Positions 45,817 to 55,940 of a stretch of DNA of 64,000 bases are shown here, piece after piece. The notes beneath the pieces were generated by a model. The model did not search any database and was not told the origin of the DNA. It saw only the letters and a program-made list of their open reading frames with translations. The first letter of the stretch is position 1. Every line of letters begins with the position of its first letter. The translations under genes were made by a program, and so were the position numbers. The DNA is taken from assembly GCF_988243305.1 (NCBI RefSeq), contig NZ_OZ547136.1; one strand, 5' to 3'.

Positions 45817-47025
45817 TTAAAGGGAGCCATGCGCCTCACGCAACATTTTCTGCTCTGGCTGACGAATCGTCGTAGAGAGCGCCAGTGACAGAATCAGCAG
45901 GGCGAAAATCACGTAGAAGGTCACATAGAAGCCGCCAAACAGTGAGGCGATAATCGACCCACAAATGCTGCCGATACCGAAACCGAGATAAATCACACCG
46001 TAGTTTTTCGCCAGGTTATTGAGGCCGAAGAACTCACTGACCAGTGACGGGAACACCGTGATAGTGCCGCCAAAGTTAAACGCCACGCAGGCAATCGCTG
46101 CAAAGAACGTCACTGCATTCAATGGTGCAAACAGCAGGGCCGCCATACCCACCAGCGAAATCACCTGACCAATGGTGATAACACGGATTCGGGCGATTTT
46201 GTCAGACAGTATCCCCAGAACCAGACGACCTGAAAGGTTGGCGATGGAAATAACAGTGACTGCATTGGCTGCGGAAACCACATCAAGGTGTGCCAGACTT
46301 TGGGCGATATCTTTCGCTACCCCAATCACGTACAGGCCGCTCATGCAGGCAGTCAGGAACATTACCGCTAACATCCAGTACTGCGGTTTACGCATCGACT
46401 CTGCCAGCGTGTAATCTTTCTCCACGACACCATTGCTGGTTTTCACTTCCTGTTTTGGTGCGTCTTTCATTAACGTTGCGCCGAAAACAATCATCACCAG
46501 CGCAATCGCTCCCCAAATCACAAATGTTTTTTCCAGACCCACCGTTTCCAGCAGCTGCGTGTCGATAAATTTGAAACCCAGGCTACCCAGACCATAAGAA
46601 CCGATAGCGAACGCGGAGATCAGACCTTTACGCTCCGGAAACCACTTCACGCAGTTAGAGAGCGTCAGCAGGTAACCCGCGCCATCCGCCAGACCGACCA
46701 GCACACCGGCGCTTAACCACAGCATCATCAGGTTGTCAGAATGCGCTGTCAGGAAGAAGCCTAATCCCAGCAAAATGCCGGAAGCCATAGTGACGCGTTT
46801 AACGCCAAAACGTTCCTGTAATTTCCCCGCAACAGAAGATGAAATTGCCAGCCCCAGACTTAACAAGCCGAAAGAGAAAGCGACCTGGCTTACCGGCGCA
46901 TCCAGCTTGGCAGAAAGCGCGCCGTTAAACAGGCTCCAGGTATAAACCGACCCCAGCGCAAACTGGGTAATGATAGTACCGATGAGTGTCAACCAGCGGG
47001 TACGCTGATAATTTGAAGGTGTCAT
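45817..47025 (-). CDS. yhjX: MFS transporter (oxalate/formate antiporter-like; pyruvate-responsive YpdAB target), 402 aa
   Basis: ORF track 45817..47070; canonical start MTPSNYQRTRWLTLIG at the internal ATG (47025). Confidence 0.93.
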   Translation of the reverse strand: MTPSNYQRTRWLTLIGTIITQFALGSVYTWSLFNGALSAKLDAPVSQVAFSFGLLSLGLAISSSVAGKLQERFGVKRVTMASGILLGLGFFLTAHSDNLMMLWLSAGVLVGLADGAGYLLTLSNCVKWFPERKGLISAFAIGSYGLGSLGFKFIDTQLLETVGLEKTFVIWGAIALVMIVFGATLMKDAPKQEVKTSNGVVEKDYTLAESMRKPQYWMLAVMFLTACMSGLYVIGVAKDIAQSLAHLDVVSAANAVTVISIANLSGRLVLGILSDKIARIRVITIGQVISLVGMAALLFAPLNAVTFFAAIACVAFNFGGTITVFPSLVSEFFGLNNLAKNYGVIYLGFGIGSICGSIIASLFGGFYVTFYVIFALLILSLALSTTIRQPEQKMLREAHGSL

Positions 47026-47108
47026 GGCAGTATTCCTGCAGTAATAAAAAGGAAAAATCTCTGCTGACAACCATAACGAAGTGCACTTTATGCCTGGGGA
47101 AAAACGGC

Positions 47109-47139
47109 ATGAAATGCCATCAGAACGGAATGAAATGCA
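47109..47139 (-). promoter_or_regulatory. YpdB (LytTR response regulator) binding site: direct repeat GGCATTTCAT-N11-tGCATTTCAT upstream of yhjX
   Basis: Minus strand contains two copies of the motif in direct orientation with an 11-bp spacer, about 85-115 bp upstream of the yhjX start. Confidence 0.75.
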
Positions 47140-47253
47140 TTAGTTCAGGAATGAATGACTCGACAATTATTCACTAAATTTATTATTTAGTAAGTTAGCA
47201 CCCACTATCGCCACAACTGTTGTTATCCAATGGTTTCAATTGTATCTATAACG

Positions 47254-47952
47254 TTAAAATCTGGCACTAACCCCCATCGTATACAGATAGTCGCTATTGT
47301 TAGTGGTATTTTCTGCCTGAGATAGCGCAGCATAGGCAGCAATATTTTGATTGAGCAACATATCAGCGCCTACGGTGACATCCAGCCAGTTGCCGTTCTG
47401 GTTTGTCGCCGTCATCCGGCTCAGGCCTGATTGCGCCTTCCAGATATTCTCGCCAAATTGCTGGTTATAGCTGATTTGCGCCCAGGGTCGGAGATCGCCA
47501 AGCCGGGAGTCAACACGCCAGCCTAAGGTACTCACGCTGGCATGCCATAACGGATCGGCCAGCGTGGTAGTACTGTCGCCAAACTCGTTATACATCGAGG
47601 TGGTTGTGCCATCGTAATGTAATGCCGCGACCGGGCCGGTTGTAACCTGCTCATATAAAGGAAAATTCCAGCCCATACTCATACTGCTGGTCACATCCAC
47701 AGGAGTTTCTTCCGCCAGATTGACTTCCAGTCCCAGCGCCCTTTGGCTACTTTGAATACGTTGCGACAAAATATCGTTGTAATCAGGTTGGTGATCACTA
47801 TCCCAGGTGTAACGCTCTGTGGAATGTCCGGGTTGCGTATCAACGATATATTCTTGTTGCCAGGCGTAAGCTGTGTTGAGAAAAAAGGCACTGATTACCA
47901 CACTCGCCAGCAGGCTTAGCTGCCAGCGACCACCGCTTTTTTTTATGATCAT
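47254..47952 (-). CDS. yhjY: Outer-membrane beta-barrel (autotransporter-like beta domain) protein, 232 aa
   Basis: ORF track 47254..47958 begins with GTG; start placed at the ATG two codons in (MIIKKSGGRWQLSLLASVV, signal peptide); C-terminal Phe as in outer-membrane proteins. Confidence 0.9.
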   Translation of the reverse strand: MIIKKSGGRWQLSLLASVVISAFFLNTAYAWQQEYIVDTQPGHSTERYTWDSDHQPDYNDILSQRIQSSQRALGLEVNLAEETPVDVTSSMSMGWNFPLYEQVTTGPVAALHYDGTTTSMYNEFGDSTTTLADPLWHASVSTLGWRVDSRLGDLRPWAQISYNQQFGENIWKAQSGLSRMTATNQNGNWLDVTVGADMLLNQNIAAYAALSQAENTTNNSDYLYTMGVSARF

Positions 47953-48109
47953 TAACACGACTCCAGGGAAGAGCCGAATTCGGCAATATTATTGTCATTG
48001 TATGAAGGATATCGGGCATAGTAGCCCTGTATTAAATATTGACTTTTTCACCGATGCGTCAAGAAAAGCGGCTGAAATTTTTACGATCGGGTACATAGCG
48101 AGGGAAAGT

Positions 48110-48673
48110 ATGGAACGTTGCGGCTGGGTGAGTCAGGACCCGCTTTATATTGCCTACCATGATAATGAGTGGGGCGTGCCTGAAACTGACAGTAAAAAAC
48201 TGTTCGAAATGATCTGCCTTGAAGGGCAGCAGGCTGGATTATCGTGGATCACCGTCCTCAAAAAACGCGAAAACTATCGCGCCAGCTTTCATCAGTTCGA
48301 TCCGGTGAAGGTGGCTGCAATGCAGGAAGAGGATGTCGAAAGACTGGTACAGTACGCCGGGATTATCCGCCATCGCGGGAAAATTCAGGCAATTATTGGT
48401 AATGCGCGGGCGTACCTGCAAATGGAACAGAACGGCGAACCGTTTGCCGACTTTGTCTGGTCGTTTGTCAATCATCAACCACAGGTGACACAAGCCACAA
48501 CGTTGAGCGAAATCCCTACATCTACGCCCGCCTCCGACGCTCTATCTAAAGCCCTGAAAAAGCGTGGTTTTAAGTTTGTTGGTACCACAATCTGTTACTC
48601 CTTTATGCAGGCATGTGGGCTGGTGAATGATCATGTGGTTGGCTGCTGTTGCTATCCGGGAAATAAACCATGA
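48110..48673 (+). CDS. tag: DNA-3-methyladenine glycosylase I, 187 aa
   Basis: ORF track 47873..48673 is over-extended; canonical start MERCGWVSQDPLYIAYHDNEWGVP at the internal ATG (48110), with AGGGAAAG upstream. Confidence 0.95.
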   Translation: MERCGWVSQDPLYIAYHDNEWGVPETDSKKLFEMICLEGQQAGLSWITVLKKRENYRASFHQFDPVKVAAMQEEDVERLVQYAGIIRHRGKIQAIIGNARAYLQMEQNGEPFADFVWSFVNHQPQVTQATTLSEIPTSTPASDALSKALKKRGFKFVGTTICYSFMQACGLVNDHVVGCCCYPGNKP

Positions 48674-49110
48674 TTCGGGAAGCGCAACGTTCAGAACTCC
48701 CCGCGATCCTCGAACTGTGGCTGGAAAGTACAACCTGGGGGCATCCCTTTATAAAAGCGAATTACTGGCGTGATTGCATTCCGCTGGTGCGGGATGCCTA
48801 TCTTGCCAACGCGCAAAACTGGGTCTGGGAAGAAGACGGTAAGCTTCTCGGTTTTGTCAGCATTATGGAAGGCCGATTTCTGGCTGCAATGTTTGTCGCA
48901 CCGAAGGCCGTCAGACGCGGTATTGGTAAGGCGCTAATGCAGTATGTGCAGCAGCGCCATCCCCATCTGATGCTGGAGGTTTATCAAAAAAATCAACCGG
49001 CGATAGATTTTTACCATGCGCAAGGTTTTCACATTGTCGACTGCGCATGGCAGGATGAAACCCAACTACCCACCTGGATTATGAGCTGGCCGGTGGTTCA
49101 AACGCTGTAA
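48670..49110 (+). CDS. yiaC: GNAT-family N-acetyltransferase (protein lysine acetyltransferase YiaC), 146 aa
   Basis: ORF track; start overlaps the tag stop (ATGA); GNAT motif RRGIGKALM. Confidence 0.93.
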   Translation: MIREAQRSELPAILELWLESTTWGHPFIKANYWRDCIPLVRDAYLANAQNWVWEEDGKLLGFVSIMEGRFLAAMFVAPKAVRRGIGKALMQYVQQRHPHLMLEVYQKNQPAIDFYHAQGFHIVDCAWQDETQLPTWIMSWPVVQTL

Positions 49111-51412
49111 GTGTCAGTTCCGGACCGTTGTATTTTTCCAGCCATGCCAGCGCCGTATTACCCGCACAGCCATTCCCTAGCCGCGAGCTGGGGAGATCTT
49201 TGGTCAGAACGTTCACCGCGCCGTTTTTACAAATACCGTCAGCGGTTAAATCCAGATCCGGCCATGCCCCTTCATGAATACAAATCACGCCAGGTTTAAT
49301 TCCCTCGCTAATGACCGCTCCGGCAAGAATTTGCCCGCGTGCGTTCCACAACCGAACAATATCGCCATCTTGTATGCCGCGCGCCTGGGCATCGTCAGGA
49401 TGAATGGTAACAGGCTCACGATTTGCCACCGCGTACAATTCGCGCAGAGAACTGTAATTCAGCTGGCTGTGCAGACGATGTGCCGGATGAGCAGAAAGTA
49501 CCTGCAACTGTTCCGGTTCGGCATTGCCCTGCCATTCGTCCGGTTCCAGCCACATTGGATGCCCAGGGCAATCCGGATAAGCGTAATCGGCAATACGCTG
49601 CGAGAAGATTTCAATCTTGCCGCTGGCGGTTTTTAATGGATGCGCCTGCGGATCGCGGCGAAAATCGGCGAAGCGAATAAACCGCTCGCTGTCCGGGTTT
49701 TCCGGTATCTCAATTAACTGGTTGGCTTGCCAGAACTCAGCAAATGGCGGCAATTCAACCTGCTGGCTTGCCCCGCGCTGCCGGGCAACGTTATAAAACG
49801 TTTCCAGCCATTGCAGCTCACTTTTTCCTTCCGTAAACCGCGCATAGCCGCCCTTCTCCCAACGTTCACTCAACTCGGCAAAGACATCAAAATCATTACG
49901 CGCTTCATAACGTGGCGGCACCACTTGTTTCATCGGCACCAGATGCTGATTGCTGTAATCGCCGGTCATGGTGAGATCATTACGCTCAAACGAAGTGGTC
50001 GCAGGCAGAACGATATCCGCGTGTTTCGCCGCCGCCGTCCAGAAGCATTCAGAGATCACCACCAGCTCCGGTTTTTGCCAGGCACGGATCAGGCGATTGG
50101 TATCCTGATGATGAGTAAAGTTGGCACCGCCCGCCCACCAGATAAAACGAATATCCGGGAAATGTCGGTTCATACCGTTGTGTTGATATGCGCCACCAGG
50201 GTTTTCCAGTGCTTCAACAATGCGGGCAACAGGGATTTTATCTACCGCATCGGTGCAGCCAGGCAAGCTGCCCTGCATGGAAGAGAGCACCGCAGCGCGG
50301 CGCGTGGGGTTACCACCATTGGCAAAATGGTAAGAAAGTCCAAAACCGCCGCCGGGTGTGCCGATTTGCCCCAACATTGCCGCCAGCGTGACGATCATCC
50401 AATGTTTTTGCTCACCAAACTGTTGACGCTGCATTCCCCAGCCAGCCATCAGCATGGTCGTGTTTTGGTGGAAAAGAGCCGCCAGCTCGCGGATTTTCTC
50501 TGCGTTAACCCCACAAATCCCTGCCGCCCATTCGGCGGTTTTGGCTATTCCGTCACTCTCGCCCAGCAAATAAGAGGCGAAGACGGCATAACCGGTGGTG
50601 CAACGCGCCAGAAACGCTTCGTCGTGCCAACCATTTTCCACCAGCGTATGGGCGATCCCCAGCATCAGCGCAACATCGGTGCCCATGTGCGGTGCCACCC
50701 ACTCCATTTTATCGCCAAAGAACTCAACGGTTTCCGATCGCATTGGATCAATGCAGATCAGCTTTTTCCCGCTGTCACGCAGTGCAGAAAAGTAAGAAAG
50801 CCCCTGCTCATCGGATGCATTCCACGCAATTTTCAGCGTATTGAGTGGGTTAGCACTCCACAGCACCACGACATCGCTATGTTCCAGCACCAACGGCCAA
50901 CTGGTTTGCTGTTGATAAACTTCGCTGCCACCCACGACATACGGCATGATCGCCTGTGCCGCGCCGGTCGAATAATCCCCCAGATGCCCGGTATAACCGC
51001 CTGCCAGCGCCATATAGCGTTGTAATAATGTCGAGGCCTTATGCAGCACGCCGTTTGAACGCCAGCCGTAGGAACCAGCAAAAATCGATGCCGGACCATA
51101 AGCCTCACGAATGCGTTTATGTTGTTGGTGAATAAGCTCCAGCGCCTCATCCCAACTCACACGAACAAATTCATCCTGCCCGCGAATGCCTTGCGGTTTT
51201 TCCGGTGACGCGAGAAAGCCTTTGCGCACCATTGGAAATCGTACCCGCGTATTGCTGTGAACCTGGTCGCGAACCGCGCTCTGCAAGGAGTTTTCCATTC
51301 CTGTGGTTAACGCGCCACGCGAGCTAAGCACGGTTTCGCCGTCAGTTTCAACCAGCATGGGCCCCCAGTGGGCGGCAGTCAGAACGGAATATCGTGAGGA
51401 TGAGTTGGCCAA
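49079..51412 (-). CDS. bisC: Biotin sulfoxide reductase (molybdopterin oxidoreductase), 777 aa
   Basis: ORF track; recognised as BisC ([26 protein letters not shown]...); the first codon at 51412 is TTG, not ATG. Confidence 0.92.
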   Translation of the reverse strand: MANSSSRYSVLTAAHWGPMLVETDGETVLSSRGALTTGMENSLQSAVRDQVHSNTRVRFPMVRKGFLASPEKPQGIRGQDEFVRVSWDEALELIHQQHKRIREAYGPASIFAGSYGWRSNGVLHKASTLLQRYMALAGGYTGHLGDYSTGAAQAIMPYVVGGSEVYQQQTSWPLVLEHSDVVVLWSANPLNTLKIAWNASDEQGLSYFSALRDSGKKLICIDPMRSETVEFFGDKMEWVAPHMGTDVALMLGIAHTLVENGWHDEAFLARCTTGYAVFASYLLGESDGIAKTAEWAAGICGVNAEKIRELAALFHQNTTMLMAGWGMQRQQFGEQKHWMIVTLAAMLGQIGTPGGGFGLSYHFANGGNPTRRAAVLSSMQGSLPGCTDAVDKIPVARIVEALENPGGAYQHNGMNRHFPDIRFIWWAGGANFTHHQDTNRLIRAWQKPELVVISECFWTAAAKHADIVLPATTSFERNDLTMTGDYSNQHLVPMKQVVPPRYEARNDFDVFAELSERWEKGGYARFTEGKSELQWLETFYNVARQRGASQQVELPPFAEFWQANQLIEIPENPDSERFIRFADFRRDPQAHPLKTASGKIEIFSQRIADYAYPDCPGHPMWLEPDEWQGNAEPEQLQVLSAHPAHRLHSQLNYSSLRELYAVANREPVTIHPDDAQARGIQDGDIVRLWNARGQILAGAVISEGIKPGVICIHEGAWPDLDLTADGICKNGAVNVLTKDLPSSRLGNGCAGNTALAWLEKYNGPELTLTAFEPPASS

Positions 51413-51564
51413 ACCGAAGACTCCTGAAAGGTTAGATGTATTGAGCAGTTAAATATTACTTACAAATTTCCGAGTATTCCCAGGAATAATCTTCATGTTC
51501 ACGCGGCATAATCTCCCGCCACGGAACCCGTGGCAAAGAATAAAAAGGTTATTAAGGATTAACA

Positions 51565-52224
51565 ATGAAGAAACGTGTTTATCTTATTGCCGCCGTAGTG
51601 AGTGGCGCTCTGGCGGTATCTGGCTGCACAACTAACCCTTACACCGGCGAACGCGAAGCAGGTAAATCTGCTATCGGCGCAGGTCTGGGCTCTCTCGTTG
51701 GCGCGGGTATTGGTGCGCTCTCTTCTTCGAAGAAAGATCGCGGTAAAGGCGCGCTGATTGGCGCAGCAGCAGGCGCAGCTTTGGGCGGCGGCGTGGGTTA
51801 TTACATGGATGTGCAGGAAGCGAAGCTACGTGACAAAATGCGCGGCACTGGTGTTAGCGTAACCCGCAGCGGGGATAACATTATCCTCAATATGCCGAAC
51901 AATGTGACCTTCGACAGCAGCAGCGCGACCCTGAAACCGGCAGGCGCTAACACCCTGACCGGCGTGGCAATGGTGCTGAAAGAGTATCCGAAAACGGCGG
52001 TTAACGTGATTGGTTATACCGACAGCACGGGTGGTCACGACCTGAACATGCGTCTCTCCCAGCAGCGTGCGGATTCCGTTGCCAGCGCGTTGATCACCCA
52101 GGGCGTGGACGCCAGCCGCATCCGTACTCAGGGCCTTGGCCCGGCTAACCCAATCGCCAGCAACAGCACTGCAGAAGGTAAGGCGCAAAACCGCCGTGTA
52201 GAAATTACCTTAAGCCCGCTGTAA
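51565..52224 (+). CDS. yiaD: OmpA-family outer-membrane lipoprotein YiaD, 219 aa
   Basis: ORF track; lipobox LAVSGC; Gly-rich linker; OmpA-like C-terminal domain (NRRVEI). Confidence 0.94.
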   Translation: MKKRVYLIAAVVSGALAVSGCTTNPYTGEREAGKSAIGAGLGSLVGAGIGALSSSKKDRGKGALIGAAAGAALGGGVGYYMDVQEAKLRDKMRGTGVSVTRSGDNIILNMPNNVTFDSSSATLKPAGANTLTGVAMVLKEYPKTAVNVIGYTDSTGGHDLNMRLSQQRADSVASALITQGVDASRIRTQGLGPANPIASNSTAEGKAQNRRVEITLSPL

Positions 52225-52232
52225 TCCCTTTC

Positions 52233-52275
52233 ATGCCAGGTGATGCAGAAATCACCTGGCATTCTTCAGTTTTCC
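52233..52275 (+). terminator. yiaD intrinsic terminator (atgccaggtgat gcagaa atcacctggcat followed by T-rich tract)
   Basis: Perfect 12-bp inverted repeat beginning 9 bp after the yiaD stop. Confidence 0.8.
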
Positions 52276-52327
52276 TTCATCATATTTCAGGCTAAGGTGA
52301 TCGCCTTATCAGTGAATGGAGAGAAGC

Positions 52328-53302
52328 ATGAAGCCGTCCGTTATCCTCTACAAAGCCTTACCTGATGATTTACTGCAACGCCTGCAAGAGCATTTCACCG
52401 TTCACCAGGTGGCAAACCTCAGCCCACAAACCGTCGAACAAAATGCAGCAATTTTTGCCGAAGCTGAAGGTTTACTGGGTTCAAACGAGAATGTTGATGC
52501 CGCATTGCTGGAAAAAATGCCGAAACTGCGTGCCACATCAACGATCTCCGTCGGCTATGACAATTTTGATGTCGATGCGCTTACCGCCCGAAAAATTCTG
52601 CTGATGCACACGCCAACCGTATTAACAGAAACCGTCGCCGATACGCTGATGGCGCTGGTGTTGTCTACCGCTCGTCGGGTTGTGGAGGTAGCAGAACGGG
52701 TAAAAGCAGGCGAATGGACCGCGAGCATAGGCCCGGACTGGTACGGCACTGACGTTCACCATAAAACACTGGGCATTGTCGGGATGGGACGGATCGGTAT
52801 GGCGCTGGCACAACGTGCGCACTTTGGTTTCAACATGCCCATCCTCTATAACGCGCGCCGCCACCATAAAGAAGCAGAAGAACGCTTCAACGCCCGCTAC
52901 TGCGATTTGGATACACTGTTACAAGAGTCAGATTTCGTTTGCCTGATCCTGCCGTTAACTGATGAAACGCATCATCTGTTTGGCGCAGAACAATTCGCCA
53001 AAATGAAATCCTCCGCCATATTCATTAATGCCGGACGTGGCCCGGTGGTTGATGAAAATGCACTGATTGCTGCATTGCAGAAAGGGAAAATTCACGCTGC
53101 CGGGCTGGATGTCTTCGAACAAGAGCCACTGTCCGTAGATTCGCCGTTGCTCTCAATGGCCAACGTCGTCGCAGTACCGCATATTGGATCTGCCACCCAT
53201 GAGACGCGTTATGGCATGGCCGCCTGTGCCGTGGATAATTTGATTGATGCGTTACAAGGAAAGGTTGAGAAGAACTGTGTGAATCCGCACGTCGCGGACT
53301 AA
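52328..53302 (+). CDS. ghrB: Glyoxylate/hydroxypyruvate reductase B (D-2-hydroxyacid dehydrogenase), 324 aa
   Basis: ORF track 52316..53302; canonical start [14 protein letters not shown] at the internal ATG (52328); NAD-binding GIVGMGRIG. Confidence 0.95.
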   Translation: MKPSVILYKALPDDLLQRLQEHFTVHQVANLSPQTVEQNAAIFAEAEGLLGSNENVDAALLEKMPKLRATSTISVGYDNFDVDALTARKILLMHTPTVLTETVADTLMALVLSTARRVVEVAERVKAGEWTASIGPDWYGTDVHHKTLGIVGMGRIGMALAQRAHFGFNMPILYNARRHHKEAEERFNARYCDLDTLLQESDFVCLILPLTDETHHLFGAEQFAKMKSSAIFINAGRGPVVDENALIAALQKGKIHAAGLDVFEQEPLSVDSPLLSMANVVAVPHIGSATHETRYGMAACAVDNLIDALQGKVEKNCVNPHVAD

Positions 53303-53351
53303 GCCGCGACTGCGTGGAGTAAAGCCCGATAATCGCTCGGGCTTTTACTCT

Positions 53352-54062
53352 TTATTGGGTTGCAGTAACTGCTGTAGTCCAGGCCTGATTAAACGCCTGA
53401 TGCTGTGCCGGTAATGGCGCAATCAGTTTGTTATATTCACTTGCCTGTTGTGACGTCGGGAACTGGATGCCATTTGCGACAAAGCTCACCTGAGTACCTT
53501 GCTGAGCAATGTAGTCTCCAACCATCACCAGTTGTTGCGTGAAAGTTTGTGCCGCCGGAATCAACGGTTGCAATGCATCAGCTGGCGTCGTTACCACTTT
53601 GGTGAATGCCTGATCGAAGACCGGTTTCAGGTCATCGCTCTGTTTTAGCGCAGAGTGCGCAGCATCGGCCTGCAACTTCGCATTTTGCAGCTGTTGCGCC
53701 AGTACGCCCAGAGAACCGTTCATTTCACGCAGTGGGCCGCTTTGCGTAACGTAATCCTGCGGTACGCGAATTGCGTTAACGCTGTCTACGACCGGGCGCA
53801 GACCGGAATCCATCGCCTGATTCACCTGCTGAGAATAACCATACAGAATCGCGTAATCAGAGACAAAAGGACCAAACTGTTTTTTCTGATCGGCAGTCAG
53901 GGTTGGTAGACGTTCACCGCTACGCATCACTGTATTCTGCAGGAAGTCGATAAACGCTTTACGCTGATCGCCTTCTTTATCAAAACACCCACTCAGGCTA
54001 ACTACCATTAATAACGCCGCAAGAGGCGCAAACCAGCGAGAGCAGGACTTTCCTGTCGCCAT
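53352..54062 (-). CDS. yiaF: Lipoprotein YiaF (DUF3053), 236 aa
   Basis: ORF track 53352..54182; canonical start MATGKSCSRWFAPLAALLMVVSLSGC (lipobox) at the internal ATG (54062). Confidence 0.9.
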   Translation of the reverse strand: MATGKSCSRWFAPLAALLMVVSLSGCFDKEGDQRKAFIDFLQNTVMRSGERLPTLTADQKKQFGPFVSDYAILYGYSQQVNQAMDSGLRPVVDSVNAIRVPQDYVTQSGPLREMNGSLGVLAQQLQNAKLQADAAHSALKQSDDLKPVFDQAFTKVVTTPADALQPLIPAAQTFTQQLVMVGDYIAQQGTQVSFVANGIQFPTSQQASEYNKLIAPLPAQHQAFNQAWTTAVTATQ

Positions 54063-54495
54063 TTTCTTACTCCTTTCACCCAAAAAAAGCGCACAACGAC
54101 ACACGCGTGTCTGACGTGACAAGGATAGTCCAGGACAGGCTTGCAGGATACCCTTTCTACGTAATCTTCCTGGTAAAATCATGGAGAAAATGAAACAAGG
54201 TTAATTTGTTGTTTCATTGTTAAAAAATGATAGTGCCGTTGCTTTTTTTGTAGCCCGAGATTTACGCCTTCTCAGAACGTTAGATTTTCGAAATCTTTAC
54301 AAACCGGGAGTGGTAAGAGATATATCGGCATTTATCAGATCGTTAGGTGGCTATAAGTCACGCTAAATGACTGGCTGAATCGAATCATAGCCAGAGCATG
54401 CCCTGACTTCACCCCGCTGTGTCTGCTTTTCCCGACTATTCTTAATGAGCTTCGATGCAATTCACGATCCCGCAGTGTGATTTGAGGAGTTTTCA

Positions 54496-54786
54496 ATGGA
54501 ATATAAAGATCCAATGCATGAGCTGTTGAGCAGCCTGGAACAGATTGTTTTTAAAGATGAAACGCAGAAAATTACCCTGACGCACAGAACAACATCCTGT
54601 ACCGAAATTGAGCAGTTACGAAAAGGGACAGGATTAAAAATCGATGATTTCGCCCGGGTTTTGGGCGTATCAGTCGCCATGGTAAAGGAATGGGAATCCA
54701 GACGCGTGAAGCCTTCAAGTGCCGAACTAAAATTGATGCGTTTGATTCAAGCCAACCCGGCATTAAGTAAGCAGTTGATGGAATAG
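54496..54786 (+). CDS. yiaG: XRE-family HTH transcriptional regulator, 96 aa
   Basis: ORF track; HTH segment LRKGTGLKIDDFARVLGVSVAMVKEWE. Confidence 0.93.
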   Translation: MEYKDPMHELLSSLEQIVFKDETQKITLTHRTTSCTEIEQLRKGTGLKIDDFARVLGVSVAMVKEWESRRVKPSSAELKLMRLIQANPALSKQLME

Positions 54787-54870
54787 ACTTTTATCCACTT
54801 TATTGCTGTTTACGGTCCTGATGACAGGACCGTTTTCCAACCGATTAATCATAAATATGAAAAATAATTG

Positions 54871-54907
54871 TTGCATCACCCGCCAATGCGTGGCTTAATG
54901 CACATCA
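54871..54907 (+). promoter_or_regulatory. cspA promoter (-35 TTGCAT, -10 CTTAAT, AT-rich UP element upstream)
   Basis: Hexamers with 17-bp spacing ending about 8 bp before the inferred transcription start at 54908. Confidence 0.65.
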
Positions 54908-55066
54908 ACGGTTTGACGTACAGACCATTAAAGCAGTGTAGTAAGGCAAGTCCCTTCAAGAGTTATCGTTGATACCCCTCGTAGTGCACATTCCTTTAAC
55001 GCTTCAAAATCTGTAAAGCACGCCATATCGCCGAAAGGCACACTTAATTATTAAAGGTAATACACT
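54908..55066 (+). promoter_or_regulatory. cspA 159-nt 5' UTR (RNA thermosensor) including the cold box TGACGTACAGA at 54914..54924
   Basis: Cold-box sequence present near the 5' end of the leader; long untranslated leader before the cspA Shine-Dalgarno. Confidence 0.75.
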
Positions 55067-55279
55067 ATGTCCGGTAAAATGACTGGTATCGTAAAATGGT
55101 TCAACGCTGACAAAGGCTTCGGCTTCATCACTCCTGACGATGGCTCTAAAGACGTGTTCGTACACTTCTCTGCTATCCAGAACGATGGTTACAAATCTCT
55201 GGACGAAGGTCAGAAAGTGTCCTTCACCATCGAAAGCGGCGCTAAAGGCCCGGCAGCTGGTAACGTAACCAGCCTGTAA
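55067..55279 (+). CDS. cspA: Major cold-shock protein CspA, 70 aa
   Basis: ORF track; RNP1 KGFGFI and RNP2 VFVHF motifs; exact recognition of [34 protein letters not shown]... Confidence 0.98.
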
Positions 55280-55306
55280 TCTCTGCTTAAAAGCACAGAA
55301 TCTAAG

Positions 55307-55335
55307 ATCCCTGCCATTTGGCGGGGATTTTTTTA
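55307..55335 (+). terminator. cspA intrinsic terminator (atccctgcc attt ggcggggat followed by TTTTTTT)
   Basis: GC-rich hairpin plus T7 run 28 bp after the cspA stop. Confidence 0.9.
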
Positions 55336-55466
55336 TTTGTTTTTCAGGAAATAAATAATCGATCGCGTAATAAAATCTATTATTATTTTTGTGAAAAATA
55401 AATTTGGGTGCAATGAGAATGCGCAACGCCGTAAGAAAGGCGGGAATAACTTCCCGCCGAAGACTC

Positions 55467-55619
55467 TTACTCTTTCAAATTGCAGGCTAAAAATGCCGCC
55501 AGCTCATAACTCCCCTGTTTAATATGCAATTCACACAGTGAATCTCTTATCATCCAGGTGAAAAATAAAAGCGTGCAACAAATCACTATTAAAGAAAGTA
55601 ATCTATATTTCTGCGGCAT
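55467..55619 (-). CDS. hokA: Type I toxin HokA (Hok/Gef family small membrane toxin), 50 aa
   Basis: Internal ATG of ORF 55467..55679 with AGGAGG Shine-Dalgarno 6 nt upstream; MPQKYRLLSLIVICCTLLFFTWMIRDSLCELHIKQGSYELAAFLACNLKE. Confidence 0.88.
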   Translation of the reverse strand: MPQKYRLLSLIVICCTLLFFTWMIRDSLCELHIKQGSYELAAFLACNLKE

Positions 55620-55940
55620 TCCCAGCCTCCTGTGTTGATTTCCAACGAGTAAGAGGCTAACCTTATGGTGTTCAGGCATAGGGTAGCCTCACTTTGATTT
55701 ATAGTCAGGTGGGGCTTTTCTCTGTCTGCCTTTCGGTGAATACCTGAGACAAACAGTCTCAAGCACCCGCAGCTATTCTAGCTTAATAAGTTCGTTTCTT
55801 CTCCTTGATATAATCCTAAAAAAATCTCATAAAATTAATATATGAGACAATCTTTATTCAGCAGAAGATTATTAAAGGTTGCTCTATTATTTAGCGATAA
55901 AAAAGCCTGCCAGATGGCAGGCTTTTTAATAACGGCGTTA

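Noticed and set aside
49727-51025. 432-aa plus-strand ORF opposite bisC
   Set aside because: Antisense shadow ORF within bisC; no recognisable domain
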